From Phycisphaerae bacterium (lineage in GTDB: Bacteria; Planctomycetota; Phycisphaerae; UBA1845), in the NCBI GenBank assembly GCA_020056715.1, contig JAGVHG010000040.1, forward strand, positions 75,920 through 139,919: a DNA stretch of 64,000 bases. The letters are read 5' to 3'. The notes beneath the pieces were generated by a model, which worked only from the letters and a program-made list of their open reading frames with translations, had not been told where the DNA came from and did no database searches. Below, piece after piece: positions 34,858-42,468 of the stretch; the stretch's first letter is position 1; each line of letters starts with the position of its first letter. The position numbers and the translations under genes are program-made.

Positions 34858-35211
34858 TTGGGTCGCCAAGGCGAGCGGGCCGCAGCCCGGTATCTGCGGC
34901 GACGCCGCTATCGCATCCTCGTCCGTAACTACCGATGCATTGCAGGTGAGATTGACCTCATCGCGTCGCAAGCGGCTACCATCGTTTTCGTCGAAGTGAA
35001 GACGCGCCAACCGGACGAAGGTCAGGGCGACCGGTTGCCCGTACACAGCGAACAACGCGGTCGAATCGGGCGAGCGGCCCGATACTTTATGACCCACCCC
35101 GCGGCGGCCGATCGTCCTTACCGATTCGATGTCATCTCTGTGGCATTCTCAAGCCACGGAAAACCGCAGATTGAACACTATGAGGATGCATTTCAACCGG
35201 GTCGTTCCTAA
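34858..35211 (+). CDS. yraN: YraN-family (UPF0102) endonuclease-like protein
   Basis: GRQGERAAARYL..GEIDLIA...VFVEVKTR. There is no in-frame ATG after the rplS stop, so the TTG at 34858 is proposed as the start. The start is uncertain. Confidence 0.65.
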   Translation: MGRQGERAAARYLRRRRYRILVRNYRCIAGEIDLIASQAATIVFVEVKTRQPDEGQGDRLPVHSEQRGRIGRAARYFMTHPAAADRPYRFDVISVAFSSHGKPQIEHYEDAFQPGRS

Positions 35212-35280
35212 CTCCGTGCATCCCGCTCCCTGCTGAGTACCCATTGATGTCGTAGGGATGTGCAGATATGATCGTAGAAT

Positions 35281-35538
35281 ATGAACCCTGAAACTCTACG
35301 TGAACAGGTTCGCAAGCGGCCATTCGAGGCATTTCGTGTCTATCTGTCCGATGGATCGCACTATGACATTCGCCATCCCGAGATGATCGCTATTACCCGC
35401 CGCGACGTGGCCATCGCCATCGGTCCGGGCAATGACGAACTTCCCGATAGACTCGCAACGTGTGATCCCCTACACATCGTGCGGGTCGAACCCCTCAACG
35501 GAAGGGCCGCTCGGCAGCAACATTCACGGCGCAAATAA
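35281..35538 (+). CDS. small conserved hypothetical protein (85 aa), paralog family
   Basis: RPFEAFRVYLSDGSHYDIRHPE...CDPLHIVRVEPLNG plus a basic tail. It is a tandem duplicate of the next gene. Confidence 0.5.
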   Translation: MNPETLREQVRKRPFEAFRVYLSDGSHYDIRHPEMIAITRRDVAIAIGPGNDELPDRLATCDPLHIVRVEPLNGRAARQQHSRRK

Positions 35539-35547
35539 GGCGCGTAT

Positions 35548-35814
35548 ATGCGGTTCAACGAATTGTACAATGTGTTGCACAAGGTTCCGTTTAGCCCTTT
35601 TCGGATTCAATTTACAAACGGGCAATCGTATGTGATCCGGCATCCCGACTTTGCTTGGTTGAAACGCACAAGCATCCTCATCGGCTTGGCTTCCGGCCAC
35701 GATGACATCCCAGATGACCACACCGAGTGCGACCTTCTCCATGTAGTGGCCATTGAACCCGCGAATGGATCGCGACGCCGCAACGGGGCACGCCCAAAGA
35801 AACGTCCACGTTAG
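35548..35814 (+). CDS. small conserved hypothetical protein (88 aa), paralog family
   Basis: VPFSPFRIQFTNGQSYVIRHPD...CDLLHVVAIEPANG plus a basic tail. It starts 9 nt after the previous copy. Confidence 0.5.
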   Translation: MRFNELYNVLHKVPFSPFRIQFTNGQSYVIRHPDFAWLKRTSILIGLASGHDDIPDDHTECDLLHVVAIEPANGSRRRNGARPKKRPR

Positions 35815-35847
35815 TCTGTCCAGGAATACGCCACGTCGGAAACAGCG

Positions 35848-36624
35848 ATGGGTCTGATCGACTCTCATGCTCACCTGACGTACCCGGAGTTCGAGGGGCG
35901 GATGGAGGACGTGCTTACGCGTTGCACTGAGGCCTGTGTCGACCGGGTCATCACCATCGGAACAAGCCTGTCCGATGCGCGGAAGGCGATCGAGTTAGCG
36001 GAGCGATACCCAACTCGCATCCATACCGCAGTCGGTTTCCACCCCCATGAGGCTGACAAGGTTACCGAAGCTGATATCGCGGCGATGGCCGACCTGTGGG
36101 ATCACGGACAGGTCGTAGCGTTCGGCGAGATGGGGCTGGATTACCATTACGATTTAGCCGATCGCGGGAACCAGAAAAGAGTGTTTGTCCGGCAACTCGA
36201 GCTTGCGTTGGGCCGTGGGAAACCGCTCATCATTCACTGCCGCGAGGCCCTCGAAGACGCAGTCCCGATGCTTGTTGAATACGGGTTTGCGAATCAATCG
36301 GTGGTTTTCCATTGCTTCACGGGAACGAAAGCGGAGGCCGACCGAATCGCCCAACAGGGGTGGAGAATCTCGTTCACGGGTATCGTCACCTTCCCCAAGT
36401 CCGGCGAATTGCAGGAGATCGCCAAGAGGTACCCATTGGATCAATTGATGGTGGAGACGGACTCGCCGTATCTCTCGCCGGTACCGGTGCGCGGGCGTCG
36501 TCCGAATGAGCCGGCGCACGTCGCGCATGTCGCACGGTTCCTGGCCGACCTACGCGATGTTCCGTATCCGGAACTGGTCGAACAGACGTCCGCGAATACG
36601 AAGCTCTTCTTCGGTCTGCGGTAG
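35848..36624 (+). CDS. tatD: TatD-family metal-dependent hydrolase
   Basis: LIDSHAHL, GEMGLDYHY, IIHCR and ETDSPYL. Confidence 0.9.
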   Translation: MGLIDSHAHLTYPEFEGRMEDVLTRCTEACVDRVITIGTSLSDARKAIELAERYPTRIHTAVGFHPHEADKVTEADIAAMADLWDHGQVVAFGEMGLDYHYDLADRGNQKRVFVRQLELALGRGKPLIIHCREALEDAVPMLVEYGFANQSVVFHCFTGTKAEADRIAQQGWRISFTGIVTFPKSGELQEIAKRYPLDQLMVETDSPYLSPVPVRGRRPNEPAHVAHVARFLADLRDVPYPELVEQTSANTKLFFGLR

Positions 36625-36638
36625 CGACGGCTACGTTA

Positions 36639-37250
36639 TCAAATGTTCTCGACGAACAGGGCCTTGCCGCGTTGGGTGCGCATGTTGGTTCGAACGGCCT
36701 CGGCCACGCGGTCCGCGTCGTCGATGCCCTCGATCACCACCAGCCGATCGGACACGTCGGTCGAGAGCAACGACACCGTCCCCAACCCGAATACGCGATC
36801 GATCAGCGTCTTTTCCAATCGAACGTCATCGACGCGGATCAGTTCGGTCTGGTCAATCGTCTGACTGAGGATGCCGCGCTCGATGAAGAGCCGTTGCGAG
36901 GTCAGTCGGTAGCGACGACTGATAATGCGTAGAAAAACGGGAATAATGAAGATCAACCCGGAAACGAAGACACCGCCCAGAACTATCCAGATCACCCCTG
37001 GCAATTCGAACCACTTTCTGGCGGATGCGAGCCAACCGATCAGGGCTGCGAAGAGAACATTGGCGACGATCCACAAACTAACCCGACCGGCGTAATGCTT
37101 CCAGCTTGTTCGCCCGGTCCACAATTCGGTTTCCGGTGGTCCGGGCTGGGCGGTTGCTGCCGCGCCGGCTTCCGGTGCGAGCTTCGATGATGGGGTTTCT
37201 GAAGGGATTACGGTTTCCATGCGATCACTCCTCTGGGCTGGAAAGATCAT
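36639..37250 (-). CDS. membrane protein with bacterial PH (bPH_2/YdbS-like) domain
   Basis: Two TM helices followed by RRYRLTSQRLFIERGILSQTIDQTELIRVDDVRL..GLGTV. Confidence 0.65.
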   Translation of the reverse strand: MIFPAQRSDRMETVIPSETPSSKLAPEAGAAATAQPGPPETELWTGRTSWKHYAGRVSLWIVANVLFAALIGWLASARKWFELPGVIWIVLGGVFVSGLIFIIPVFLRIISRRYRLTSQRLFIERGILSQTIDQTELIRVDDVRLEKTLIDRVFGLGTVSLLSTDVSDRLVVIEGIDDADRVAEAVRTNMRTQRGKALFVENI

Positions 37251-37308
37251 AGCGGATCAAGCGTGGGCTTGCACCATACTGGTTACTTTGCTCGACCGGT
37301 GGGGTAGG

Positions 37309-37983
37309 ATGCCTCCGATGATCGTCACCATCGATGGACCGGCCGGGTCGGGGAAGTCCACAGCCGCCCGAAAGCTCGCGGCCCGGTTAGAGATCGCCTA
37401 CCTCGACACCGGGGCCATGTACCGCGCGATCGCCCACGAAGCTCTGCAGAGGGGCATCGATTTCAGCAACGAGCAAGCCGTCCTCGAGGTCGCCCGGTCC
37501 ATCCGCCTCGAACTGGACTGCGGACCCACACACACCCGTGTCCGCGTTAATGGCCACGACGTGAGCGAGGTGATCCGAACCATGGCCGTGAACGCCGTAA
37601 TGTCGCAGGTTGCTCGGAATCAAGCCGTCCGCAAACTTCTTGTTGAGGACCAACGTCGGGTCGGCGAGCGCCTTGGTTCGTTCGTCACCGAAGGCCGCGA
37701 CCAGGGTAGCGTGGTCTTCCCCAAGGCTGACATCAAGTTTGTGCTCCAAGCAACACTACAACGTCGGAGCGAACGGCGTTACCAAGAGCTTGCCGCCGAC
37801 GGCGAGAGCGTACAAATTACAGAGGTGATGGATAATCTTGCCGCACGCGACCAAGTCGACGCCAAGCAATGGGAGCCGTTGCTCACCTCGGATGCCGTGA
37901 TCGTTATTGATACCACACAGATGACCATCATCGAAGTTGTGGATCTTATGGAAGAATGTCTGCGGGCTTCGTTACACCGCTAA
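37309..37983 (+). CDS. cmk: cytidylate kinase
   Basis: IVTIDGPAGSGKST.., YLDTGAMYRA and GRDQGSVVFP. ATG 37309 is preferred. Confidence 0.9.
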   Translation: MPPMIVTIDGPAGSGKSTAARKLAARLEIAYLDTGAMYRAIAHEALQRGIDFSNEQAVLEVARSIRLELDCGPTHTRVRVNGHDVSEVIRTMAVNAVMSQVARNQAVRKLLVEDQRRVGERLGSFVTEGRDQGSVVFPKADIKFVLQATLQRRSERRYQELAADGESVQITEVMDNLAARDQVDAKQWEPLLTSDAVIVIDTTQMTIIEVVDLMEECLRASLHR

Positions 37984-38176
37984 GCCGTCGTCTGCCTACC
38001 ACCGCGAACCGCAATCATTGGTCGGTATTCTGTGTACAAGTTCTCATGCGCGCGTAGGTATGCGTGCGATTTGACCGAAAATAGGGATGTGGATACCGTA
38101 GAATGGGCGGAAAGCGTGGTTTTTCTAGGACGTTCACACCCACTCCGTGCCAGGCATGTTCGTTGGGAAGTCGTTG

Positions 38177-39376
38177 ATGCCCAGTTTTAGTTACAAGGCG
38201 GTTAGCAACGCTGGAAAACACGTCGCGGGTGTGTTGACGGCGGAGAACTACCTCGTCGCCCTGCGCATGCTGGATGAACAAGCACTCTACCCCATCCACG
38301 TGGCCGAAGGGGTGGAGGCGGGCGGGCTGTCGTTCGGTCGTCGGCGAAGGGTTAAGTCGTCGCACCTGACTACCTTTTATAGCCAACTGGCCGATCTGTT
38401 GAAGGCCGGCGTGCCCATGATGCGGGCATTGGATGTGCTGTCCGGCCAGGGTTCGCAGGGCGCTATGGCGATGATGGTCAAGGAGTTGCGCGAGGACGTG
38501 GCCGGTGGTATGTCGCTGGGCGACGCCATGGCGAAACATCCCCGCGTCTTCTCGCCGTTGCACTCCTCCATGACCCGTGCGGGCGAGCAGGGCGGCTTCC
38601 TCGAAGACGTGTTGCACCGCATCGCCATCTTCTGCGAAAAGCAGGATGAGCTACGCAACAAGGTAGTGGGGGCGATGATCTACCCCGCGATCCTGGTCCT
38701 AGCGGGGAGCGGCGTGGTGTTGTTGCTGCTCACGGTGGTGGTGCCCAAGCTCCGGGAGCATCTGCGGCCGGAGACTTTCAACGTTCTGACGAAGGCGGTG
38801 TTTGGGCTTTGCGATCTGCTACGCGACCACTGGATGGCCTTGCTTATGCTCGCGTTCGCGATTCTCTTCGGGTTAACGACGTGGGTGAAGACGGCGGCCG
38901 GTCGTCGAGTATACGAGCGTTTCAAGCTCCGTGCCCCGGTGATGGGCAAGATCGTGACCATGGTCGCCATCTGCCGGTTCTGTCGGATTCTCGGAACGAT
39001 GCTGCACAACGGCGTGCCGATCCTCCAAGCCTTGAAGATTTCCAAGGACTCCGCCGGCAACAGCATTCTCGCCAAGGCGATAGAGGAGGCGGCGGACAGC
39101 GTGAAGAAAGGGGCGGCCCTCTCGGCGCCGCTGCGGGAGTCGGGGCTTTTCCCGCTGACCGTTCTGGACATGATCGCGGTGGCGGAGGAGAGCAATAATC
39201 TAGAGACGGTGCTGGTGCAGATTGCGGATACGAACGAGGCCCGGACGGCACGAGCGATCGACCTGGGCGTGCGGGTCCTCGAACCGGTGTTGTTGGTGAT
39301 GATGGCCATGGTGGTGTTTTGCATCGCGGTGGCGTTGCTGCTGCCCATCTTGACGATGGGATCCGCGGTGAGATGA
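38177..39376 (+). CDS. gspF: type II secretion / type IV pilus platform protein F
   Basis: FSYKAVSNAGK N-terminus and duplicated T2SSF repeats with 3 TM segments. ATG 38177 is preferred. Confidence 0.9.
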   Translation: MPSFSYKAVSNAGKHVAGVLTAENYLVALRMLDEQALYPIHVAEGVEAGGLSFGRRRRVKSSHLTTFYSQLADLLKAGVPMMRALDVLSGQGSQGAMAMMVKELREDVAGGMSLGDAMAKHPRVFSPLHSSMTRAGEQGGFLEDVLHRIAIFCEKQDELRNKVVGAMIYPAILVLAGSGVVLLLLTVVVPKLREHLRPETFNVLTKAVFGLCDLLRDHWMALLMLAFAILFGLTTWVKTAAGRRVYERFKLRAPVMGKIVTMVAICRFCRILGTMLHNGVPILQALKISKDSAGNSILAKAIEEAADSVKKGAALSAPLRESGLFPLTVLDMIAVAEESNNLETVLVQIADTNEARTARAIDLGVRVLEPVLLVMMAMVVFCIAVALLLPILTMGSAVR

Positions 39377-39382
39377 GATCAG

Positions 39383-39417
39383 GCTATAGGTTGTAGGCTG
39401 TAGGCATTAGGCAATAC
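39383..39417. repeat. heptamer array GCTATAG GTTGTAG GCTGTAG GCATTAG GCAATAC
   Basis: Period-7 repeat in the gspF-gspG spacer. Same unit family as 16753-16787. Confidence 0.65.
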
Positions 39418-39434
39418 TTGAGAGGAACAGTTCT

Positions 39435-39899
39435 ATGCGAAGAAAAGTGTATCGAAGGCGATCGGCGTTTACGTTGATCGAGGTGTTGCTGGTGGCGGGC
39501 ATCCTGGCGGTGCTGGCGGCCTTTATTGTCCCGAACCTGTTCGGACAGGCAACCAAGGCGAAGATCGACATCGCCAAGGCGGCGGTGCTGCGCAACGGCT
39601 CTATTGCCAAGGCGTTGGATATGTACAAGTTCGACATGGTCAAATTCCCTGAAACGAACGAGGGGCTGGCGGCCCTTTTCCAGCCCAAGGAAAAAAAGAA
39701 GGACGAAGAGCGCTACAACGGGCCGTACATGGAAGGGGTCTTCGAGCAACTCAAGGATCCGTGGGGCAACCCCTATGAGTATCGCTCCCCCGGGGAGATC
39801 AACGAGGACTTCTACGACCTGTGGAGCCGAGGCCCGGATGGCAAGGACGACGGCGGCAAGGAAGGAAGCGACGACATCGTGAACTGGGTTAGGAAGTAG
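39435..39899 (+). CDS. gspG: type II secretion major pseudopilin G
   Basis: RRSAFTLIEVLLVAGILAVLAAFIVPN prepilin motif. GspG core present (DMYKFDMVKFP..EGL.AL, DPWGNPYEYRSPGE, DLWSRGPDGKD). Confidence 0.9.
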   Translation: MRRKVYRRRSAFTLIEVLLVAGILAVLAAFIVPNLFGQATKAKIDIAKAAVLRNGSIAKALDMYKFDMVKFPETNEGLAALFQPKEKKKDEERYNGPYMEGVFEQLKDPWGNPYEYRSPGEINEDFYDLWSRGPDGKDDGGKEGSDDIVNWVRK

Positions 39900-39911
39900 G
39901 AGTATGACGTG

Positions 39912-40011
39912 GATTGTCAATTGCCAATTGCCGATTGCCAATTAAAAAACGCAAGTCCACGCGCGTTCCTATTTGGCAATTGGCCCGCCTTCGGCGGGGC
40001 AATTGGCAATG
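39912..40011. repeat. inverted heptamer arrays (GATTGTC AATTGCC AATTGCC GATTGCC AATTAAA ... GGCAATT..GGCAATT GGCAATG) around GC hairpins
   Basis: The left array (39912-39946) and reverse-complement units (39975-39981, 39998-40011) flank the CCCGCC-TTCG-GGCGGG hairpin (about 39984-39998). The element fills the gspG-gspH gap. Confidence 0.7.
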
Positions 40012-40013
40012 AC

Positions 40014-40775
40014 ATGCCGCAAAAGTCGCCCGCCTTCACGCTCTTGGAAGTGACGTTGGCGATCGGGCTGCTGGTCGTCATCAGCGCCATCGCCATCCCC
40101 AATTTTGTTGGTCAAATCGAGCGCGAGGAATTGCCGGGTTCGGGGCGACAGCTTCGCTCGTTGCTGGCCCTGGCCCGGGCGAACGCCTCGTTCGAGGGGA
40201 AGCGCTATCGGATCCGTTTTCCCAAGGAGAAGGAGAAGGAGAAAGACGCACTGGGGGGCGATCAGCAACCGCTGATCGAGCGTGAGGATGATCCCATTCG
40301 CAACCCGGAGGTGTTCCACGAAGTGACGGCCCCCTGGGCCTTCGGAAAAACGCTGTTGGGGAAGGTGTGGTGCGTGGAGGTACGGCTGGGGCGGCCTACC
40401 ATCGAGGACCTTCGCGTGCGGCGCGAGAAGATTACGGAGGTCTCGGACGAACTGCTTCGCTCTCCGGAGAATTTTGAACCGGAATACCCACCATTGTACA
40501 TCGAGCCGGACGGCAGCTCCGAGTGGGCGACGTTTACACTGACCAACGCGCCGCGGGGCACGAAAATCGACGAATTGGAAGACCACCCGCGTATCGACCT
40601 GATTGTGGAAGGGACGACGGGTTTGGCATGGATGCAGCGTCCGTTCTACGACGAGGAGTTGGACCTGTTCGAGGAGAAGGGTTGGCCGGCGGTGCTGCGC
40701 CAGGACTTCCTCGATCCGCGGGTGCTGACTGAAAACGACGTTCTCGAACTGCGTGAGATTACGATCCGGCCATGA
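40014..40775 (+). CDS. minor pseudopilin (GspH-like)
   Basis: SPAFTLLEVTLAIGLLVVISAIAIPNF prepilin motif. ATG 40014 is preferred, because the ORF-track extension runs through the repeat element. Confidence 0.6.
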   Translation: MPQKSPAFTLLEVTLAIGLLVVISAIAIPNFVGQIEREELPGSGRQLRSLLALARANASFEGKRYRIRFPKEKEKEKDALGGDQQPLIEREDDPIRNPEVFHEVTAPWAFGKTLLGKVWCVEVRLGRPTIEDLRVRREKITEVSDELLRSPENFEPEYPPLYIEPDGSSEWATFTLTNAPRGTKIDELEDHPRIDLIVEGTTGLAWMQRPFYDEELDLFEEKGWPAVLRQDFLDPRVLTENDVLELREITIRP

Positions 40776-41479
40776 AAGCGAGTCGACGCGGATATGTTCT
40801 TCTCGAGACCGTCATCGCCACGGGCCTACTGATCGTGGGGCTGGCGGTGCTCGGAGGGCAGATTCAGGACTCGGACACGGCGATTCGGAATATGCGTCTA
40901 CGTCTTCGGGCCATGACGCTCGCTGAGCAGCAGCTCGCCGAGTTGGATCTCGGGTTGGTCGAGCTGGACTCGGTAGACGAGGTGCAGGAAGGTGACTTCG
41001 GGCCTCGCTATCCGGACTTCGGCTGGCGATTGATCACTGAGCCTACGGCGATCGAGGGTTTGTACCGCTTCACCGTGGAAGTTCTTTACCTTGTGCGCAT
41101 GGACGCCTACCAAGAGGATGATTTCGACTACCAGGCGGCGGATACGCTTTTCACCACTTATGCCTTTCGCCCCGCGCCGCAGTCGCTCGATCTGGGTACG
41201 GACTTCGGACTGAAAGACGACCAACTTGAGAAAGTCAGTCAAAAGCTCAGCGATGCCGGCGTTCCCGGCTTGACCGCGCAATCCTTCGATCCCGCGATCC
41301 TTGCCAAATTGGACTTCGAGCAGATGGTCCAAGTTCTTCCGGTGATCCTCGACGCGCTTGGAATGGAACTCGGCGATCTGAAGGCGTTGATCCCGCCAGA
41401 AGTCCTGGAGGAGCTTAAGAAGAGCGGCATCCTCGACGAATTGGACGGGGCCAAAAAGCCCGAGGGGGAGGGCGGTTGA
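40772..41479 (+). CDS. minor pseudopilin (GspI-like)
   Basis: RRGYVLLETVIATGLLIVGLAVL prepilin motif. ATGA overlap with the upstream gene. Confidence 0.55.
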   Translation: MKASRRGYVLLETVIATGLLIVGLAVLGGQIQDSDTAIRNMRLRLRAMTLAEQQLAELDLGLVELDSVDEVQEGDFGPRYPDFGWRLITEPTAIEGLYRFTVEVLYLVRMDAYQEDDFDYQAADTLFTTYAFRPAPQSLDLGTDFGLKDDQLEKVSQKLSDAGVPGLTAQSFDPAILAKLDFEQMVQVLPVILDALGMELGDLKALIPPEVLEELKKSGILDELDGAKKPEGEGG

Positions 41480-41493
41480 GGAACCGAACAACG

Positions 41494-42468
41494 ATGCAAC
41501 ATCGCCCCTTTACGCAACGACGCGGCGTGACACTGCTGGAAATCCTCCTGGCTATGAGTCTCCTGGTGACGCTCACCTCGATGACCTACTGGTTCTATTC
41601 ATCGTCGATGGAGACGAATCAGAGGGGGACGATGGAAGCGGACAAGCTGCGGCTGGCGCGGGTGGTGTTGGACCGCATTACGACGGAGATTCGACAGGCA
41701 AGCTCCACTACGGCCGAGGACCGGATGGGCATCCGCGGCGAAAAGGAGAGCATCGCCATCTCCACGCTTCGCGTCCCCACCAAGGAGCTGTCCAAGAAGC
41801 ATTCGTCGCGAACCGCTCCGCCGCCGGCGGAGTTCGACCTGGTCGCAGTGCAATACAAGATCGCCCGTCACCCGGACATCCTGCATGACGACGGGTACGA
41901 AATGCCGCTTGGACTAGCACGAGTCGAGGTGCTGATCCCGCGAGCGGTGGCTCCTGGAGAAGCCGATACGGGTCAGACTGAGCAGCCCGCCGAGGGATCA
42001 ACGGACGGCGCGGCGCCGCCGGAAAAGGTGTTGTTGGATGAACTTTTCTCGGAGGAAGGAACCGGTGACAAGGATGTGTCATTGGGACCGGACATTAACT
42101 GGGAGGAGCTTTATGCCCCCGAAATACGGTTTCTTCGATTCTGCTACTACGACGGCTACAAGTGGTGGGACGACTGGCAGGTCGCGGGAGAGAACCCGCT
42201 GCCGCAACTCGTGCAGATCACCATCGGGTTCGAGTCGCATCCGCCGTGCGGCGAGGAGTTCGGGCAGGACAAGCTCAACGAGGAGTTTTGTGAGTGCCTG
42301 AACAAAGATCCGGTGGATTGTGAGCCGCTGCCCAAGGACCAGTATTCAACCGTCGTGCGCGTCACCGGGGCCGATCCGCTCTTTCGTTCCCGCGTCAGCC
42401 GCGAGAGTCAATCGGTGATCGACCAGATGGCGACAACTAAGGCCGAAGACAAAGGCGAGGAGCCGTAG
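41494..42468 (+). CDS. minor pseudopilin (GspJ-like)
   Basis: RRGVTLLEILLAMSLLVTLTSM prepilin motif. ATG 41494 or TTG 41476. Confidence 0.55.
   Translation: MQHRPFTQRRGVTLLEILLAMSLLVTLTSMTYWFYSSSMETNQRGTMEADKLRLARVVLDRITTEIRQASSTTAEDRMGIRGEKESIAISTLRVPTKELSKKHSSRTAPPPAEFDLVAVQYKIARHPDILHDDGYEMPLGLARVEVLIPRAVAPGEADTGQTEQPAEGSTDGAAPPEKVLLDELFSEEGTGDKDVSLGPDINWEELYAPEIRFLRFCYYDGYKWWDDWQVAGENPLPQLVQITIGFESHPPCGEEFGQDKLNEEFCECLNKDPVDCEPLPKDQYSTVVRVTGADPLFRSRVSRESQSVIDQMATTKAEDKGEEP

Noticed and set aside
38071-38104. Promoter for the secretion operon (TTGACC ... TAGAAT)
   Set aside because: The spacer between the hexamers is about 22 nt, too long for a standard sigma70 promoter. No better pair was found by eye, so no promoter is called.
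39383-40011. Short-period arrays as a CRISPR array
   Set aside because: The units are only 7 nt with no unique spacers, and no cas genes are nearby. They are tandem micro-repeats, not CRISPR.
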